Assembly: GCF_000039765.1 (NCBI RefSeq)
Contig: NC_004459.3
Span: forward strand, 2,001,127 to 2,033,126
Direction of reading: 5' to 3'
DNA length: 32,000 bases
Origin: Vibrio vulnificus CMCP6
GTDB taxonomy: Bacteria > Pseudomonadota > Gammaproteobacteria > Enterobacterales > Vibrionaceae
Part shown: one piece after another, positions 19,689 through 29,576 of the stretch
Layout of the letters: every line of letters begins with the position of its first letter
How positions within the stretch are numbered: position 1 is the first letter of the stretch
Program-made: the position numbers and the translations under genes
The notes under the pieces: generated by a model
Database searches by the model: none
The model's input: only the letters and a program-made list of their open reading frames with translations
What the model was told of the DNA's origin: nothing

Positions 19689-21371
19689 TTATACTGCTCG
19701 CTCAACAATTGCATCGGTGAGGTGTAATTGGGTGATTTGAGACTCTCGAAGTCTGACTTTTAAGCGCTCACATATACTGAGCAAGTCACTAACTTTTTCT
19801 GTGATACGGACTTGTTCATTTAGAGGAGGAAGCGGTAAGTGCATTTCACCAACATCACTCAACCTAAAGCTATTTTTAATACCTCGTTGTGGAGCATCAA
19901 ACTGATATTTAGCTAGTGGAGACCTCATAAAATCAGGGAAGTATTTTCCTTGGCATTCTGGCATAAATCGTAATAAGCACGTATGTTGGTTTATGTATGC
20001 TTCACCAAACTCTTCAGGAATTAATCCCAAGTTACCGACATCACCTGTTATGGAAATTAATAGATCTCGCGCCTCCAATTTAGTTCGAGAGCCTTCGCCC
20101 CCTTTAGGTGGGCGTACAAACCTTAAATTGTCTAAACGCAGCTCGTAGCTGCCTCGGGATAAATTGCCCATGGTGACAAATAGAGCACCAGAGTCAGAGT
20201 AATATTTAGCCCAATCTCGAGAACCCGATGTAGTAAATAGAGCTACATCTTGAATTCGACACCACTCCCAGCCACTCGGCAGTTCAAACGGCTTTTCATC
20301 TTCAGCAATCGGCGGCAGCGCTTTTTGCTTCTTGATTTTCTTATCTTTGACTAACTGCGCTTTTTCATCCGCAATTCTTTTCAGTAACTCAGCAGCAGGC
20401 TCATCGCTTGGATCTTGTGGAACCAACTTACCCATTACCGCCAGTTGTAAGATGGTTTGTTTAAGCTGGTCGATACTCTCTTCAGTGCTGAATAAGGTAT
20501 CGAAATGCTCACTGATTCGCGCCCAGTTTTGCATTAACTCGTCAGCATCGGCAGAGTTGGTGAGTGTGTCCAACAGTGTTGTTACCAGCAATTGATGCGC
20601 TTCAATACTGGCTTCGGTTTGCTGCTCTAGTTGGTCGCAGAGCGCCATTAGCTCATCGACTTTGGCGACGATGCGGTGTTGCTCGTCGGAAGGGGGGATA
20701 CAAACTACTAGCGCGTTAGCTTCATTTCTATTTAAGCCTGGTTTTATACCCTTTCCGAGTGAGTCTAACCCTAAAGTTTGTAAATGTAGAAAACAATACT
20801 TAAGGCTTATACCTACAGGTGGTATTAAGCTGTAGGCTACATCTGTAACCCAGCAAGGTTGGTCACTTAAATTAATTGCACCCGCAGATCCTTTACGACC
20901 GATAACGAGACAAGGGCTACCAACAGAAAAAAGATTGTGAGTCCCTACAGAACCATTAGAGCCATAGACTAAAAATTCACCACTTTCAGTACGTTTTGCT
21001 TTTGGGAGATTATCCCCATAAACCAAGCTATAAATATCACCAAAATAACAAGCTTGCCAACCTTCTGGTAAAGCAAACGTTATATCTTGTTTTTTAATAG
21101 CAGGGAGCTTTTTGGGCTTTGTAATTTTTTTTTCTTTAATTAACTGCGTTTTTTCCTCTGAAATCCGTTGAAGTAAAAAAGATGCAGGTTCATCGTTTGG
21201 GTTTTGAGGAACGAGTTTGCCGCGAACTGCTAGTTCTAAAATTAGCTCACGCAGCTTCTTAACACCGTAAAGCTCTAGTTTCTTGCTGCTACCGCGACCA
21301 GAGGTCGATTTGGTCTTTACTGCCGAAGTCCAGATATCAATATGCTCGGTAATCAGGTTTTCGACTGCCAT
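19689..21371 (-). CDS. hsdS: Type I restriction-modification specificity subunit
   Basis: Two repeated halves: LRELILELAVRGKLVPQNPNDEPA.../LKQTILQLAVMGKLVPQDPSDEPA... with TRDs and LPPLNEQVRI/IPPSDEQHRI motifs. Confidence 0.96.
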   Translation of the reverse strand: MAVENLITEHIDIWTSAVKTKSTSGRGSSKKLELYGVKKLRELILELAVRGKLVPQNPNDEPASFLLQRISEEKTQLIKEKKITKPKKLPAIKKQDITFALPEGWQACYFGDIYSLVYGDNLPKAKRTESGEFLVYGSNGSVGTHNLFSVGSPCLVIGRKGSAGAINLSDQPCWVTDVAYSLIPPVGISLKYCFLHLQTLGLDSLGKGIKPGLNRNEANALVVCIPPSDEQHRIVAKVDELMALCDQLEQQTEASIEAHQLLVTTLLDTLTNSADADELMQNWARISEHFDTLFSTEESIDQLKQTILQLAVMGKLVPQDPSDEPAAELLKRIADEKAQLVKDKKIKKQKALPPIAEDEKPFELPSGWEWCRIQDVALFTTSGSRDWAKYYSDSGALFVTMGNLSRGSYELRLDNLRFVRPPKGGEGSRTKLEARDLLISITGDVGNLGLIPEEFGEAYINQHTCLLRFMPECQGKYFPDFMRSPLAKYQFDAPQRGIKNSFRLSDVGEMHLPLPPLNEQVRITEKVSDLLSICERLKVRLRESQITQLHLTDAIVERAV

Positions 21372-22861
21372 TATTGTTCTCCACCTTGCTTTTTACCTTG
21401 AATGGTAGAGCTAAGAGCATCACCGAGAATGCTTTTCAGTTGGTCACGCAGTGCTTTGATGTCTTGTTGTTGCTGCTGATAGTTCGCCAGCAACTCTTCA
21501 GGGTCATGGCTGACGACTTCGTCCTGATACGGGTTTTTAATATCAAGGTTAAAGTTGCGCTCGATAATATCTTCAATCGACACTTTCCAAGCTTGCTTGG
21601 TCTCGATGCGGCTAGCGAATCCATCTGCCTCGTTGCCCCACCAATCGATCTCTTGCTGGAACTCCTCAAACTTCATCGGTTTGGTTTTGCTGTAGTTCTT
21701 CACGCCTTCTGGGTAAGGGTGCTCATAGAACCACACTTCTTTGGTCGGTTGGCCTTTGGTAAAGAACAGAATGTTGGTCTTAATACCTGTGTATGGGTTG
21801 AACACGCCATTAGGTAAGCGAACAATCGTGTGCAGGTTACACTCTTCCGTCAGCATCTTTTTGATTTTGGTTTTTACACCTTCACCAAACAAGGTGCCAT
21901 CAGGCAACACTACACCTGCGCGACCCTCTTTATCCAATACTTCGACAATAAGTTGCAAGAACAAATCGGCCGTTTCACGAGTTTGCATTTCGGCAGGGAA
22001 GTTCTTTTCAATCCCGTCCTCTTCTGTACCGCCAAACGGTGGGTTAGTCGCAATCACGTTGATATTGCTATCCCAACTTGAAAGCGGCTTATTGAGCGTG
22101 TTGCCATGCTTAATCTGCACAGGGACTTCGATGCCGTGGAGCATCATATTGGTGATACACAGCAAATGTGGCAGTTGTTTCTTCTCTACACCATGAATTT
22201 GCTTTTGCAGTGTTTGGTGGTCGGCTGCGCTTGTCACGTAGTTCTCTTTGACGTGATCGAACGAGCAAGCTAAGAAACCGCCCGTGCCGCAAGCGGGATC
22301 CATAATTTGCTCACCTAGCTTTGGATCCAGTCTGTTGACGATAAAACGAGTCACCGCGCGAGGGGTATAGAACTCACCCGCATTACCTGCACTTTGTAGG
22401 TCGCGTAGGATTTGTTCATAGATATCACCAAACAGGTGGCGTTCTTTAGAGTCAGTAAAGTCGATTTCGTTGAGCTTGTTAATCACTTGACGAAGCAGTG
22501 TGCCATTTTTCATGTAGTTGAAGGCATCACTAAAAGCTTCTTTCACCACAAAACCGCGTGGGTTGGTGTCTTTCGGTGCGGTTAGGTTTTTTAACGTCGG
22601 GAATAGGTCATCATTGATAAATTCCAGCAGCTCGTCACCTGTAATGCCTTGGTTATCTGCCGCCCAGTTACGCCAAAGGTACTTGGCTGGGATGGGTTCG
22701 CGGTAATCATCTAACTCGAACTCTAGCTCTTCCTCTTGGGCATCAAACACTTTAAGGAATAAAAGCCACGACATTTGGCCTAGACGCTGCGCGTCACCAT
22801 CAACACCCGCATCTTTACGCATGATGTCTTGAATAGACTTGATAACTGAACTGATTGACAT
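21371..22861 (-). CDS. hsdM: Type I restriction-modification methyltransferase subunit
   Basis: GEFYTPRAVTRFIV, MDPACGTGGFL, IATNPPFGG (N6-adenine MTase motifs); start/stop overlap with hsdS. Confidence 0.97.
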   Translation of the reverse strand: MSISSVIKSIQDIMRKDAGVDGDAQRLGQMSWLLFLKVFDAQEEELEFELDDYREPIPAKYLWRNWAADNQGITGDELLEFINDDLFPTLKNLTAPKDTNPRGFVVKEAFSDAFNYMKNGTLLRQVINKLNEIDFTDSKERHLFGDIYEQILRDLQSAGNAGEFYTPRAVTRFIVNRLDPKLGEQIMDPACGTGGFLACSFDHVKENYVTSAADHQTLQKQIHGVEKKQLPHLLCITNMMLHGIEVPVQIKHGNTLNKPLSSWDSNINVIATNPPFGGTEEDGIEKNFPAEMQTRETADLFLQLIVEVLDKEGRAGVVLPDGTLFGEGVKTKIKKMLTEECNLHTIVRLPNGVFNPYTGIKTNILFFTKGQPTKEVWFYEHPYPEGVKNYSKTKPMKFEEFQQEIDWWGNEADGFASRIETKQAWKVSIEDIIERNFNLDIKNPYQDEVVSHDPEELLANYQQQQQDIKALRDQLKSILGDALSSTIQGKKQGGEQ

Positions 22862-23024
22862 GGAGTTCTACTGCTAATTGACTGAAAAAATTGGGGCTGA
22901 TTATAGCAGAAATGGGTCGAAGAAAATGAACTTATCGCTATGAAACTATGTTTGTAATTGTGGTTTAATAATGAATCAGTGATATAAATTAAATAATAAA
23001 AAATATAATCAGGTTGTCTAGAAA

Positions 23025-23423
23025 ATGAAGGTTGAGTGTCCCCATTGTCACACTGACAATGTTATTGAATATGCAGAGAATATCTCGTGTGAGAAGTGTG
23101 AAAAAAGCTTCAAAGGCTTTAAATTTAGTAAACGGAAACTGGTGTCTGCCAGTACGGCATTGGTCGTGGGCGTGGTTGGTGGTTATAAGGTGAATGGTGC
23201 TTTTGATGAAGAGCGTTACCCATTAGAAGTAGAGTATGCCATCGTTGATACCTGCATAAACTCGTCAAAAAATATGGTGTCGGTGAGTTGGTATGAGAGT
23301 AAGCGAGAAACGTGTTTATGCGCTCTTTCACAAACGGAAAAGTCTGTGCCGTATTCCGATTACAAATCTGATCAAAACTTGTTTTTGAGTAACTTCAAGC
23401 TGAATGCGAGAAGTTGTTCATAA
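23025..23423 (+). CDS. Hypothetical protein with N-terminal zinc ribbon and hydrophobic segment
   Basis: CPHCHTDNVIEYAENISCEKCEKSFKG...LVSASTALVVGVVGGY. Confidence 0.65.
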   Translation: MKVECPHCHTDNVIEYAENISCEKCEKSFKGFKFSKRKLVSASTALVVGVVGGYKVNGAFDEERYPLEVEYAIVDTCINSSKNMVSVSWYESKRETCLCALSQTEKSVPYSDYKSDQNLFLSNFKLNARSCS

Positions 23424-23431
23424 TAGAAAAA

Positions 23432-23460
23432 TGAGGCAGCTAGACTGCCTCATTTATATC
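23432..23460. terminator. Bidirectional terminator
   Basis: aaatgaggcag-ctaga-ctgcctcattt 11-bp stem. Confidence 0.75.
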
Positions 23461-23468
23461 TAATGTGC

Positions 23469-23579
23469 TTAGCGTTTAGGTGTGTTGCCTCGACCTTTGC
23501 CTGAAGGCTTGCCAGTTGTGCTTGGGTAGTTTGGATTACCTTTCGGCGCAGTCTTTGGTGCAGAACTTGGTTTTGCCAT
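23469..23579 (-). CDS. Microprotein (36 aa), absent from supplied track
   Basis: MAKPSSAPKTAPKGNPNYPSTTGKPSGKGRGNTPKR*; RBS taggag before ATG. Confidence 0.6.
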   Translation of the reverse strand: MAKPSSAPKTAPKGNPNYPSTTGKPSGKGRGNTPKR

Positions 23580-23590
23580 GATGGTTACTC

Positions 23591-23740
23591 CTATTTACCT
23601 TGTTTTTGGTTGTTGGCAGCAGCGCGTTGAGCGCGAGCCGCGAATGAATCTTTAGAGACTTGTCCGCCATTTTGTTTTGCTTGATTCGCTTGAATACGAG
23701 CAGCGGCTTCAGGAGTCATTGGTGCTTTGTTTTTAGACAT
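23591..23740 (-). CDS. Microprotein (49 aa), seed-maturation-protein-like, absent from supplied track
   Basis: MSKNKAPMTPEAAARIQANQAKQNGGQVSKDSFAARAQRAAANNQKQGK*; RBS aaggaa; 11 nt upstream of the 36-aa ORF. Confidence 0.65.
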   Translation of the reverse strand: MSKNKAPMTPEAAARIQANQAKQNGGQVSKDSFAARAQRAAANNQKQGK

Positions 23741-23815
23741 AGTATTTTCCTTTTCATTAATTGAATGCTTGTCTCCGCTGAGACCATTGCATAGTAACTA
23801 GTAGGGTAGGGACAA

Positions 23816-24184
23816 ATGGGGACAACCCAAAAACAAAAGCAAATTCGAACTATGTTGGATGCGTTAGGCTGGAGCCATAAGCAACTGGCCGATGTTCTTT
23901 ACGAAGAACTTCAGTGTTCTGAATATGAAGACATAGAAGATGCTTCCCCTCAGGAAATTCGGAAGTTTAGAGAGGTTCTCAAGAAGCAGTTACAAAGGGA
24001 ATCTACCCCAGAAAGTCGGCTTGAACAGTACGTGAAAATCATTTCGGAACATCCAGATTTTGTTGCATTGGGGTTGGATGTCGTGGTTCCAAAATACGTT
24101 AACCATAGATGCTTGAATGAGGATTCGCTTGCAGGGCTAGCAGAGATATCCAGTTGGCTGGATGATAGGGAGCAGGTAGGTTAA
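23816..24184 (+). CDS. Hypothetical protein with HTH-like N-terminus
   Basis: 122-aa ORF, IRTMLDALGWSHKQLADVLYEEL; followed by a terminator. Confidence 0.55.
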   Translation: MGTTQKQKQIRTMLDALGWSHKQLADVLYEELQCSEYEDIEDASPQEIRKFREVLKKQLQRESTPESRLEQYVKIISEHPDFVALGLDVVVPKYVNHRCLNEDSLAGLAEISSWLDDREQVG

Positions 24185-24210
24185 AAAACGGCTAAATAGC
24201 CGTTTTGTTC
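24185..24210. terminator. Terminator
   Basis: aaaacggct-aaat-agccgtttt followed by gttc. Confidence 0.75.
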
Positions 24211-24266
24211 TAATTTCTTGAGTTTGTTGGTTGGCCCAGTGAAGTCGAAAGTTAGACAAACTGTTG

Positions 24267-25595
24267 TCACGATTGGATTTCAGCAGCTTGTATATCATCC
24301 GCTTTGCTACGTAGAGCTAGGTACAACACCCAAGTGATTAGCGCATCAGCAGTAATGCCCAAGCCGAACATTATGGCGATTCGTTCAAGCGTAGGTACAA
24401 AGATACCGATTTGATAAAGCACAAAAGCACAACCGTAAAACAAGGTGTTTACGATAAGTGATTGATACAGCATTAAATCCGTGCGTCCAATACCATAAAA
24501 GTAACTGTCGATGACATTGTTTAAACTGAAAATGACATAGAACCCAACCATTAGCCAAACTAGACTGGTGATTGATTCTGGGTTCTCTATCCCCATGACA
24601 TCGGCTATAAAGCTGTTCCAAAGCGGTGCGGTTAGTATCCAAATAGCAATAATTCCCAACGTTATCCAAAGGTAGCAATTGACTCGCTCCGATGTTAATC
24701 CATTATTTGTTGCAGCATCTTGCTTAACCAGTTGCCCTAATGTCAAAACGGGAAGTAGTAGCCAGCCCCAAATAAATTGATTAGCAACCCAGAATGTTCC
24801 CGCTTGTTGTACTTGGTTAATAAGCTGAAGAATCATGACAATAAAGGCAGTATTTCGCACGAGTGACTCAAGCCCTGACTTCCATCCAATCTTTGCCCAT
24901 TCTTTGAGCCATTGCGACTGCTCTCCTTTAGAAAACTTGAAGCTCAGAGTGATCCCTGATTTAGATAAATAAATCAGGGCAAACAGTGCGAGAAGACTAT
25001 TGACTACGATATTACTCAGAGCAATACCATTCACTCCAAACTGAAGGGAGTAAGGTAGTTGACTGACGAAGACGCTGTCACAAAGGACAGTCATGAGCAT
25101 TTGTACTATTAGAAGGCCATACAGCGCCTTTCGTTCATTTCTTAGGACGAGAACCAAAGACAAAAAAGCATAGAAGCTGGAGAGCAAAATAGCGGCAGAT
25201 TCCAATCGAATGTATTGGATCGTTTGGGTCAATAATTCAGCCTGTTGCTGCATAGCATCTACAAAATTCGGGGCTAGCCACAATACCATTAAGGTCACCA
25301 CAAAGTAGCAAATTAAGGTAACCAAAAGAGATAGACTGGCTCGTTCGCGAAAAGCTTCATTACTATGAATAACTCTGCCTAGAATAAATGCTAGAGGGAT
25401 AAGTAATGCTTCGCTGAGGACTTCATATCCTACATTTAGCCATGCAACTTGTGCTGCAATGCTAAAAGTCCATGGGCTAGGGATGCTGCCCAAGAAATGG
25501 ATTCGTGTAGTTGAGTAGATTAATGGTATTAAGCTTGTCAGAATCAGCACTAGCCACAGTTGGTAGTTGATTGTTTTTATTTGATGATGTTTCAA
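24267..25595 (-). CDS. MATE-family-like multi-TM transporter
   Basis: About 12 hydrophobic segments; WLNVGYEVLSEALLIPLAFILGR; WVANQFIWGWLLLPVLTLGQLVKQDAA. Start codon is TTG in the listed ORF. Confidence 0.65.
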   Translation of the reverse strand: MKHHQIKTINYQLWLVLILTSLIPLIYSTTRIHFLGSIPSPWTFSIAAQVAWLNVGYEVLSEALLIPLAFILGRVIHSNEAFRERASLSLLVTLICYFVVTLMVLWLAPNFVDAMQQQAELLTQTIQYIRLESAAILLSSFYAFLSLVLVLRNERKALYGLLIVQMLMTVLCDSVFVSQLPYSLQFGVNGIALSNIVVNSLLALFALIYLSKSGITLSFKFSKGEQSQWLKEWAKIGWKSGLESLVRNTAFIVMILQLINQVQQAGTFWVANQFIWGWLLLPVLTLGQLVKQDAATNNGLTSERVNCYLWITLGIIAIWILTAPLWNSFIADVMGIENPESITSLVWLMVGFYVIFSLNNVIDSYFYGIGRTDLMLYQSLIVNTLFYGCAFVLYQIGIFVPTLERIAIMFGLGITADALITWVLYLALRSKADDIQAAEIQS

Positions 25596-25598
25596 TTT

Positions 25599-26885
25599 TT
25601 AAGCCTTGTTATCTTCACTAGGGATCTCGTGGAGAAAGCAACTCTCCACAGAGAAATAGCCATTACTTTTAATCAGTTGTTTCTTTCTAAGCCGTTCGAA
25701 CAGTGTGATTAGGTACTGATAAAGCTCAGTATATTGCGCTGTACTGATATGAGTTGCTGAGCAGTTAAATACTTGCCATGGGAAATTAATCAATGTTGTA
25801 GCGGCATGTTTGGGAAGGTAGTTGTGTTTAAACTCACTTAGCAATAAATGTTCTAGCTGAACACAATAGTGCTGGATGATAGAGCAGTGAAAGTGGTACT
25901 TGTAACTGTCGTTGTTAGCGATAAGGTTCGGTAAGGAGCAAAATAAAAAGTAAACCTGAGCGGCCAACTCTTTGGCTTGCTTTCGCTCGCTTGTATGTGT
26001 TTTGGTAACGGCGTCTAATTGTTCTGCAAGACCAAGCTCACCCTTTAAAATAGTGAAATGAACGTTGTAGATTTGTGACTCACGATAATAAAGAGAAATG
26101 TCAGACAGCGATTGGCCTATAACGATTTCTATAAGCAAACGGTCTTGTGTCCTAAGAGTGATTTTCGACCCCAAAATATCGGTATGAGCCACTTGTTCAC
26201 CGAACAATCTAAGGAGTCTTTCATGCCAACCTTGAACCGAAATCGATGACTGAATAAATAAATCGATATCAGAGCGCTTTGTTAACTGATTAGCCCCCAA
26301 GCTTCCGTAAAGTAGAGCTATAGGTACGCTTGTATCTGTGCTCAATACTTTATTCAGCTTACTGACCCAAGTGTGTTGAGATAATGGGAAGGCCGTCCAG
26401 AAGGCATCAAAGTTATCAGAGAAGTCAAAACTGTAAGACTGCCAAATCTGTCTTTGCCAGTGAGTTTCTAGCTCTATCGGTATGATTTTATCTTCCAAAA
26501 ATCTAATAGTTTCATCAACAGCTTGCAGTTTTTTGTAGGATGATGGGTAAGGGATTTCTGAGTATTTCTCGTCATCAATTGCATTGATGCTCTGCTCAAT
26601 ATCTCTAGTGCAACAGATTAATATGCCTGTTTTCCTATCTAATTGATTGGTAAGAAGGCTAGCTGTTTGACCGTATCCTGTAAATTCAACAATAGCGTTT
26701 TCCTGTTGTTTAACCGCAGCAAGGAAATGCTCACAAGCAAGTTGCTCACCTTGCTCGGTTCCATCGCCAAAGCGAATTCGATACTCATCTAAAGATAAAT
26801 AAGGGAACTCAGGCAAACGTCCTTGTATTTGTTTACTTAACGTTGTTTTACCTGAATTTAGGTTACCAAAAATATAGATATGCAT
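25599..26885 (-). CDS. P-loop kinase-like N-terminus fused to a minimal (MNT/pol-beta) nucleotidyltransferase and helical C-terminus
   Basis: Walker A GNLNSGKTT at the N-terminus; YGSLGANQLTKRSDIDLFIQSS NTase motif mid-protein; helix-rich tail. Confidence 0.75.
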   Translation of the reverse strand: MHIYIFGNLNSGKTTLSKQIQGRLPEFPYLSLDEYRIRFGDGTEQGEQLACEHFLAAVKQQENAIVEFTGYGQTASLLTNQLDRKTGILICCTRDIEQSINAIDDEKYSEIPYPSSYKKLQAVDETIRFLEDKIIPIELETHWQRQIWQSYSFDFSDNFDAFWTAFPLSQHTWVSKLNKVLSTDTSVPIALLYGSLGANQLTKRSDIDLFIQSSISVQGWHERLLRLFGEQVAHTDILGSKITLRTQDRLLIEIVIGQSLSDISLYYRESQIYNVHFTILKGELGLAEQLDAVTKTHTSERKQAKELAAQVYFLFCSLPNLIANNDSYKYHFHCSIIQHYCVQLEHLLLSEFKHNYLPKHAATTLINFPWQVFNCSATHISTAQYTELYQYLITLFERLRKKQLIKSNGYFSVESCFLHEIPSEDNKA

Positions 26886-26941
26886 TGTGACTTGAGGTCG
26901 TTAACCAAGCTAAAGAAACTCTAGCTTGGTTTAAATGGTGA

Positions 26942-29419
26942 TTAGGCTGATTGATAAATCTCAGCTTCCAACTCAGAAATTGCTTCTAAATACTGCTCTT
27001 TACCACCAAAGCACTTTTTGACGATTTCAGCAGGGCGTCCCATCTCGTCAAAAGGCTTAACTTTGAGTACATGAATATTTTCAATCTCTTGAACGCCTTC
27101 GTCTGCGTACTTGTCTAGTAAGTTGTTCAACACCTGCTGAGCCGTTTCACCGTACTTAGTGAAGTAGTTGCGCTTTTTGACGTTGTCAGCGCGTTCTTTT
27201 CTGGTGAGTGCTGGTTGGTCATACACGACATGACAAATCATGTCGAATGGGTCGAGATCTTTGCCTACTTCCAGCTCTAACGCTTCCCAGATAATGCCTT
27301 CCTCTGCCAGTTCATCAATGATTGCTTGCTTTTTATCGGCATCTTGCCAGCGCTTAACAAAGTCATCCATTGAGGTGAACTGTTTTGCCATCGTCTTGCG
27401 GGTATAGTCTTTGAACGATTCGGTTACGAGTTTACCGTCGGAATCGTAGTATTGAACACGTTCGGCAATGGCTTTCACCGTTACACCGTTGACATGGAAC
27501 TTTCTAACTCGGTTTTCATCCTGCCAATCATCATCGGAATTGCTACCGTCAGAAGGAGATGAACCTGAGTCGTATGAAGCCTCTGGTTCATGGATGCTTT
27601 CAGGGTCAATATCATCCCCTTCAAATGGATTATCTTGTTCAAGTTCATCCTCATCATCGATGATCTCATCGAGTCCTTCATTGGTATCGAAGTCTTCTGG
27701 TTTTGTCTCTTTAACTCGCTCAGGTACACCATCAAAGCGCTCATCAGCGAACAGTTCAGTCGCCTTTTTGAAGTCGAGAATGGTAAACCATAGCTTTCCG
27801 TAACGATCATCAATACGAGTGCCGCGACCGATGATCTGCTTAAACTTAGTCATCGACTGGATGCCTTGGTCAAGAACAACCAGTTTGCAAGTTTTGGCAT
27901 CGACACCTGTTGTCATTAGCTCTGAGGTGGTTGCGATAACAGGGTAAGCCTTTTTGGGATTAATGAAGTTATCAAGCTGAGCTTTGCCGATTTCATCATC
28001 ACCTGTAATTTTCATTACGTATTTTTCATTTTTAGCAACTTGCTCAGGATTGCAGTTGATTAGCGCTCGACGCATACGCTCTGCATGGTCAATATCATTA
28101 CAGAACACAATGGTCTTAGCCATAGGGTCGGTACGCTTGAGGTAGCTGGTTATGGTCTTTGCAACAAGCTCTGTTCGCTCATCGATGACCATGGTTCTGT
28201 CGAAGTCTTTCTGGTTGTAGATCCTGTCTTCGATAACTTCACCATGTTTATCGACTTGCCCTTTGGTTGGTCGCCAACCTTGTAAATCTACATCGATATC
28301 CACACGCACAACTTTGTAAGGGGCTAAGAAACCGTCTTCAATGCCTTGCTTTAGAGAGTAGGTATAAATGGCGTCGCCAAAGTACTCGGTGTTAGACACG
28401 ATATCGGTTTCTTTCGGTGTCGCGGTTAGTCCTATTTGAGTCGCTGAACCGAAATACTCAAGAATCTCGCGCCATGCGCTGTCCTCAGCGGCACTACCAC
28501 GATGGCACTCGTCAACGACAATAAGGTCAAAGAAATCTGGATCGACTTGTTTGTATGCTTTTTGGTGCTCTTCTGGGCCAGTCAGAGCTTGATACAGAGC
28601 TAGGTGGATTTCGTAAGCGGGATCGACGCTTCTCCCTGTGACTTTGGTCATAGCGGTGCCAAACGGTTGGAAGTCGTTGGTCTTGGTTTGATCGACCAGA
28701 ATGTTTCTGTCCGCCAAAAACAGGATGCGTTTTTTGGCTCGGGACTTCCATAGTCGCCAAATAATCTGGAATGCAGTGTAAGTTTTGCCCGTACCCGTTG
28801 CCATAACCAAGAGTACACGGTTTTGTCCTGCTGCGACCGCTTCCACGGTTTTGTTTATCGCTTGTAGCTGATAGTAGCGCGGAGACTTACCGCTACCATC
28901 ATCATGGTAATCTTGAGTAATGACTGGAAGGTGCTCGGTTTTGTAGCCTTTCCAAACGCAGTACTTGTCCCATAGTTGCTGAGGTGTCGGGAAGTCTTCA
29001 AGTCGAATTTCAGTTTCGAGTTGAGCTGGGTTGGTTTTGTCGTGGAAGATAAAACCGTCGCCATTTGAGGCAAAAACAAAAGGGACTTCAAGTAGGCTGG
29101 CGTAATCTAGTCCTTGTTGCATACCTTTGCCGACTTCATGCTTGTTCGCTTTTGCTTCGACAACGGCTAGAGGCATGCTCGGTTTATGGTAAAGGACGAT
29201 GTCCGCAGACTTAACTTTTTTCCTCGCCGCTGCCTGACCACGAACAATGACCTTACCGTCACGTAGTTTTACCTCTTGACGGATTTGAGACATATCATCC
29301 CATCCAGCATCTTTGATAGCAGGAAGAATGAATTTCGTGATGATGTCGGTTTCAGATAGCTTTGATTTATTGATTGTCGATTCCATGCGATTAGCCAGCT
29401 CAGTACAAATGCATTTCAT
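26942..29419 (-). CDS. hsdR: Type I restriction endonuclease subunit R
   Basis: [41 protein letters not shown] helicase motifs; N-terminal [20 protein letters not shown] nuclease motif. True start may be the internal Met at 29386. Confidence 0.95.
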   Translation of the reverse strand: MKCICTELANRMESTINKSKLSETDIITKFILPAIKDAGWDDMSQIRQEVKLRDGKVIVRGQAAARKKVKSADIVLYHKPSMPLAVVEAKANKHEVGKGMQQGLDYASLLEVPFVFASNGDGFIFHDKTNPAQLETEIRLEDFPTPQQLWDKYCVWKGYKTEHLPVITQDYHDDGSGKSPRYYQLQAINKTVEAVAAGQNRVLLVMATGTGKTYTAFQIIWRLWKSRAKKRILFLADRNILVDQTKTNDFQPFGTAMTKVTGRSVDPAYEIHLALYQALTGPEEHQKAYKQVDPDFFDLIVVDECHRGSAAEDSAWREILEYFGSATQIGLTATPKETDIVSNTEYFGDAIYTYSLKQGIEDGFLAPYKVVRVDIDVDLQGWRPTKGQVDKHGEVIEDRIYNQKDFDRTMVIDERTELVAKTITSYLKRTDPMAKTIVFCNDIDHAERMRRALINCNPEQVAKNEKYVMKITGDDEIGKAQLDNFINPKKAYPVIATTSELMTTGVDAKTCKLVVLDQGIQSMTKFKQIIGRGTRIDDRYGKLWFTILDFKKATELFADERFDGVPERVKETKPEDFDTNEGLDEIIDDEDELEQDNPFEGDDIDPESIHEPEASYDSGSSPSDGSNSDDDWQDENRVRKFHVNGVTVKAIAERVQYYDSDGKLVTESFKDYTRKTMAKQFTSMDDFVKRWQDADKKQAIIDELAEEGIIWEALELEVGKDLDPFDMICHVVYDQPALTRKERADNVKKRNYFTKYGETAQQVLNNLLDKYADEGVQEIENIHVLKVKPFDEMGRPAEIVKKCFGGKEQYLEAISELEAEIYQSA

Positions 29420-29576
29420 GACTATACCAAAGGATGCATAAAAGCAGAAAAGATACTGACTTATCAGTGAAGTGGATGGTGTTTTCTAAAATTGGCAAAG
29501 GAAATACACAGGTAGAAATCTACACTGCGAGAGCAGTGTAGTTGTTCGTGAAAAAGCTTAAGGGCTTAAGCTTCTC

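Noticed and set aside
19511-19714. 67-aa minus-strand ORF overlapping the hsdS 3' end
   Set aside because: Overlaps the strong hsdS ORF and has no recognizable motif.
19689-21371. Phase-variable inverting hsdS
   Set aside because: Only one hsdS with its own internal repeated halves; no second partial hsdS or invertase gene present in the window.
27450-27700. Acidic low-complexity segment of HsdR as a possible insertion
   Set aside because: Acidic linkers occur in this HsdR type; frame is intact, no sign of disruption.
27468-27803. 111-aa plus-strand ORF antisense to hsdR, Ser-rich
   Set aside because: Mirror of the acidic Asp/Glu/Ser linker of HsdR; antisense composition artifact.
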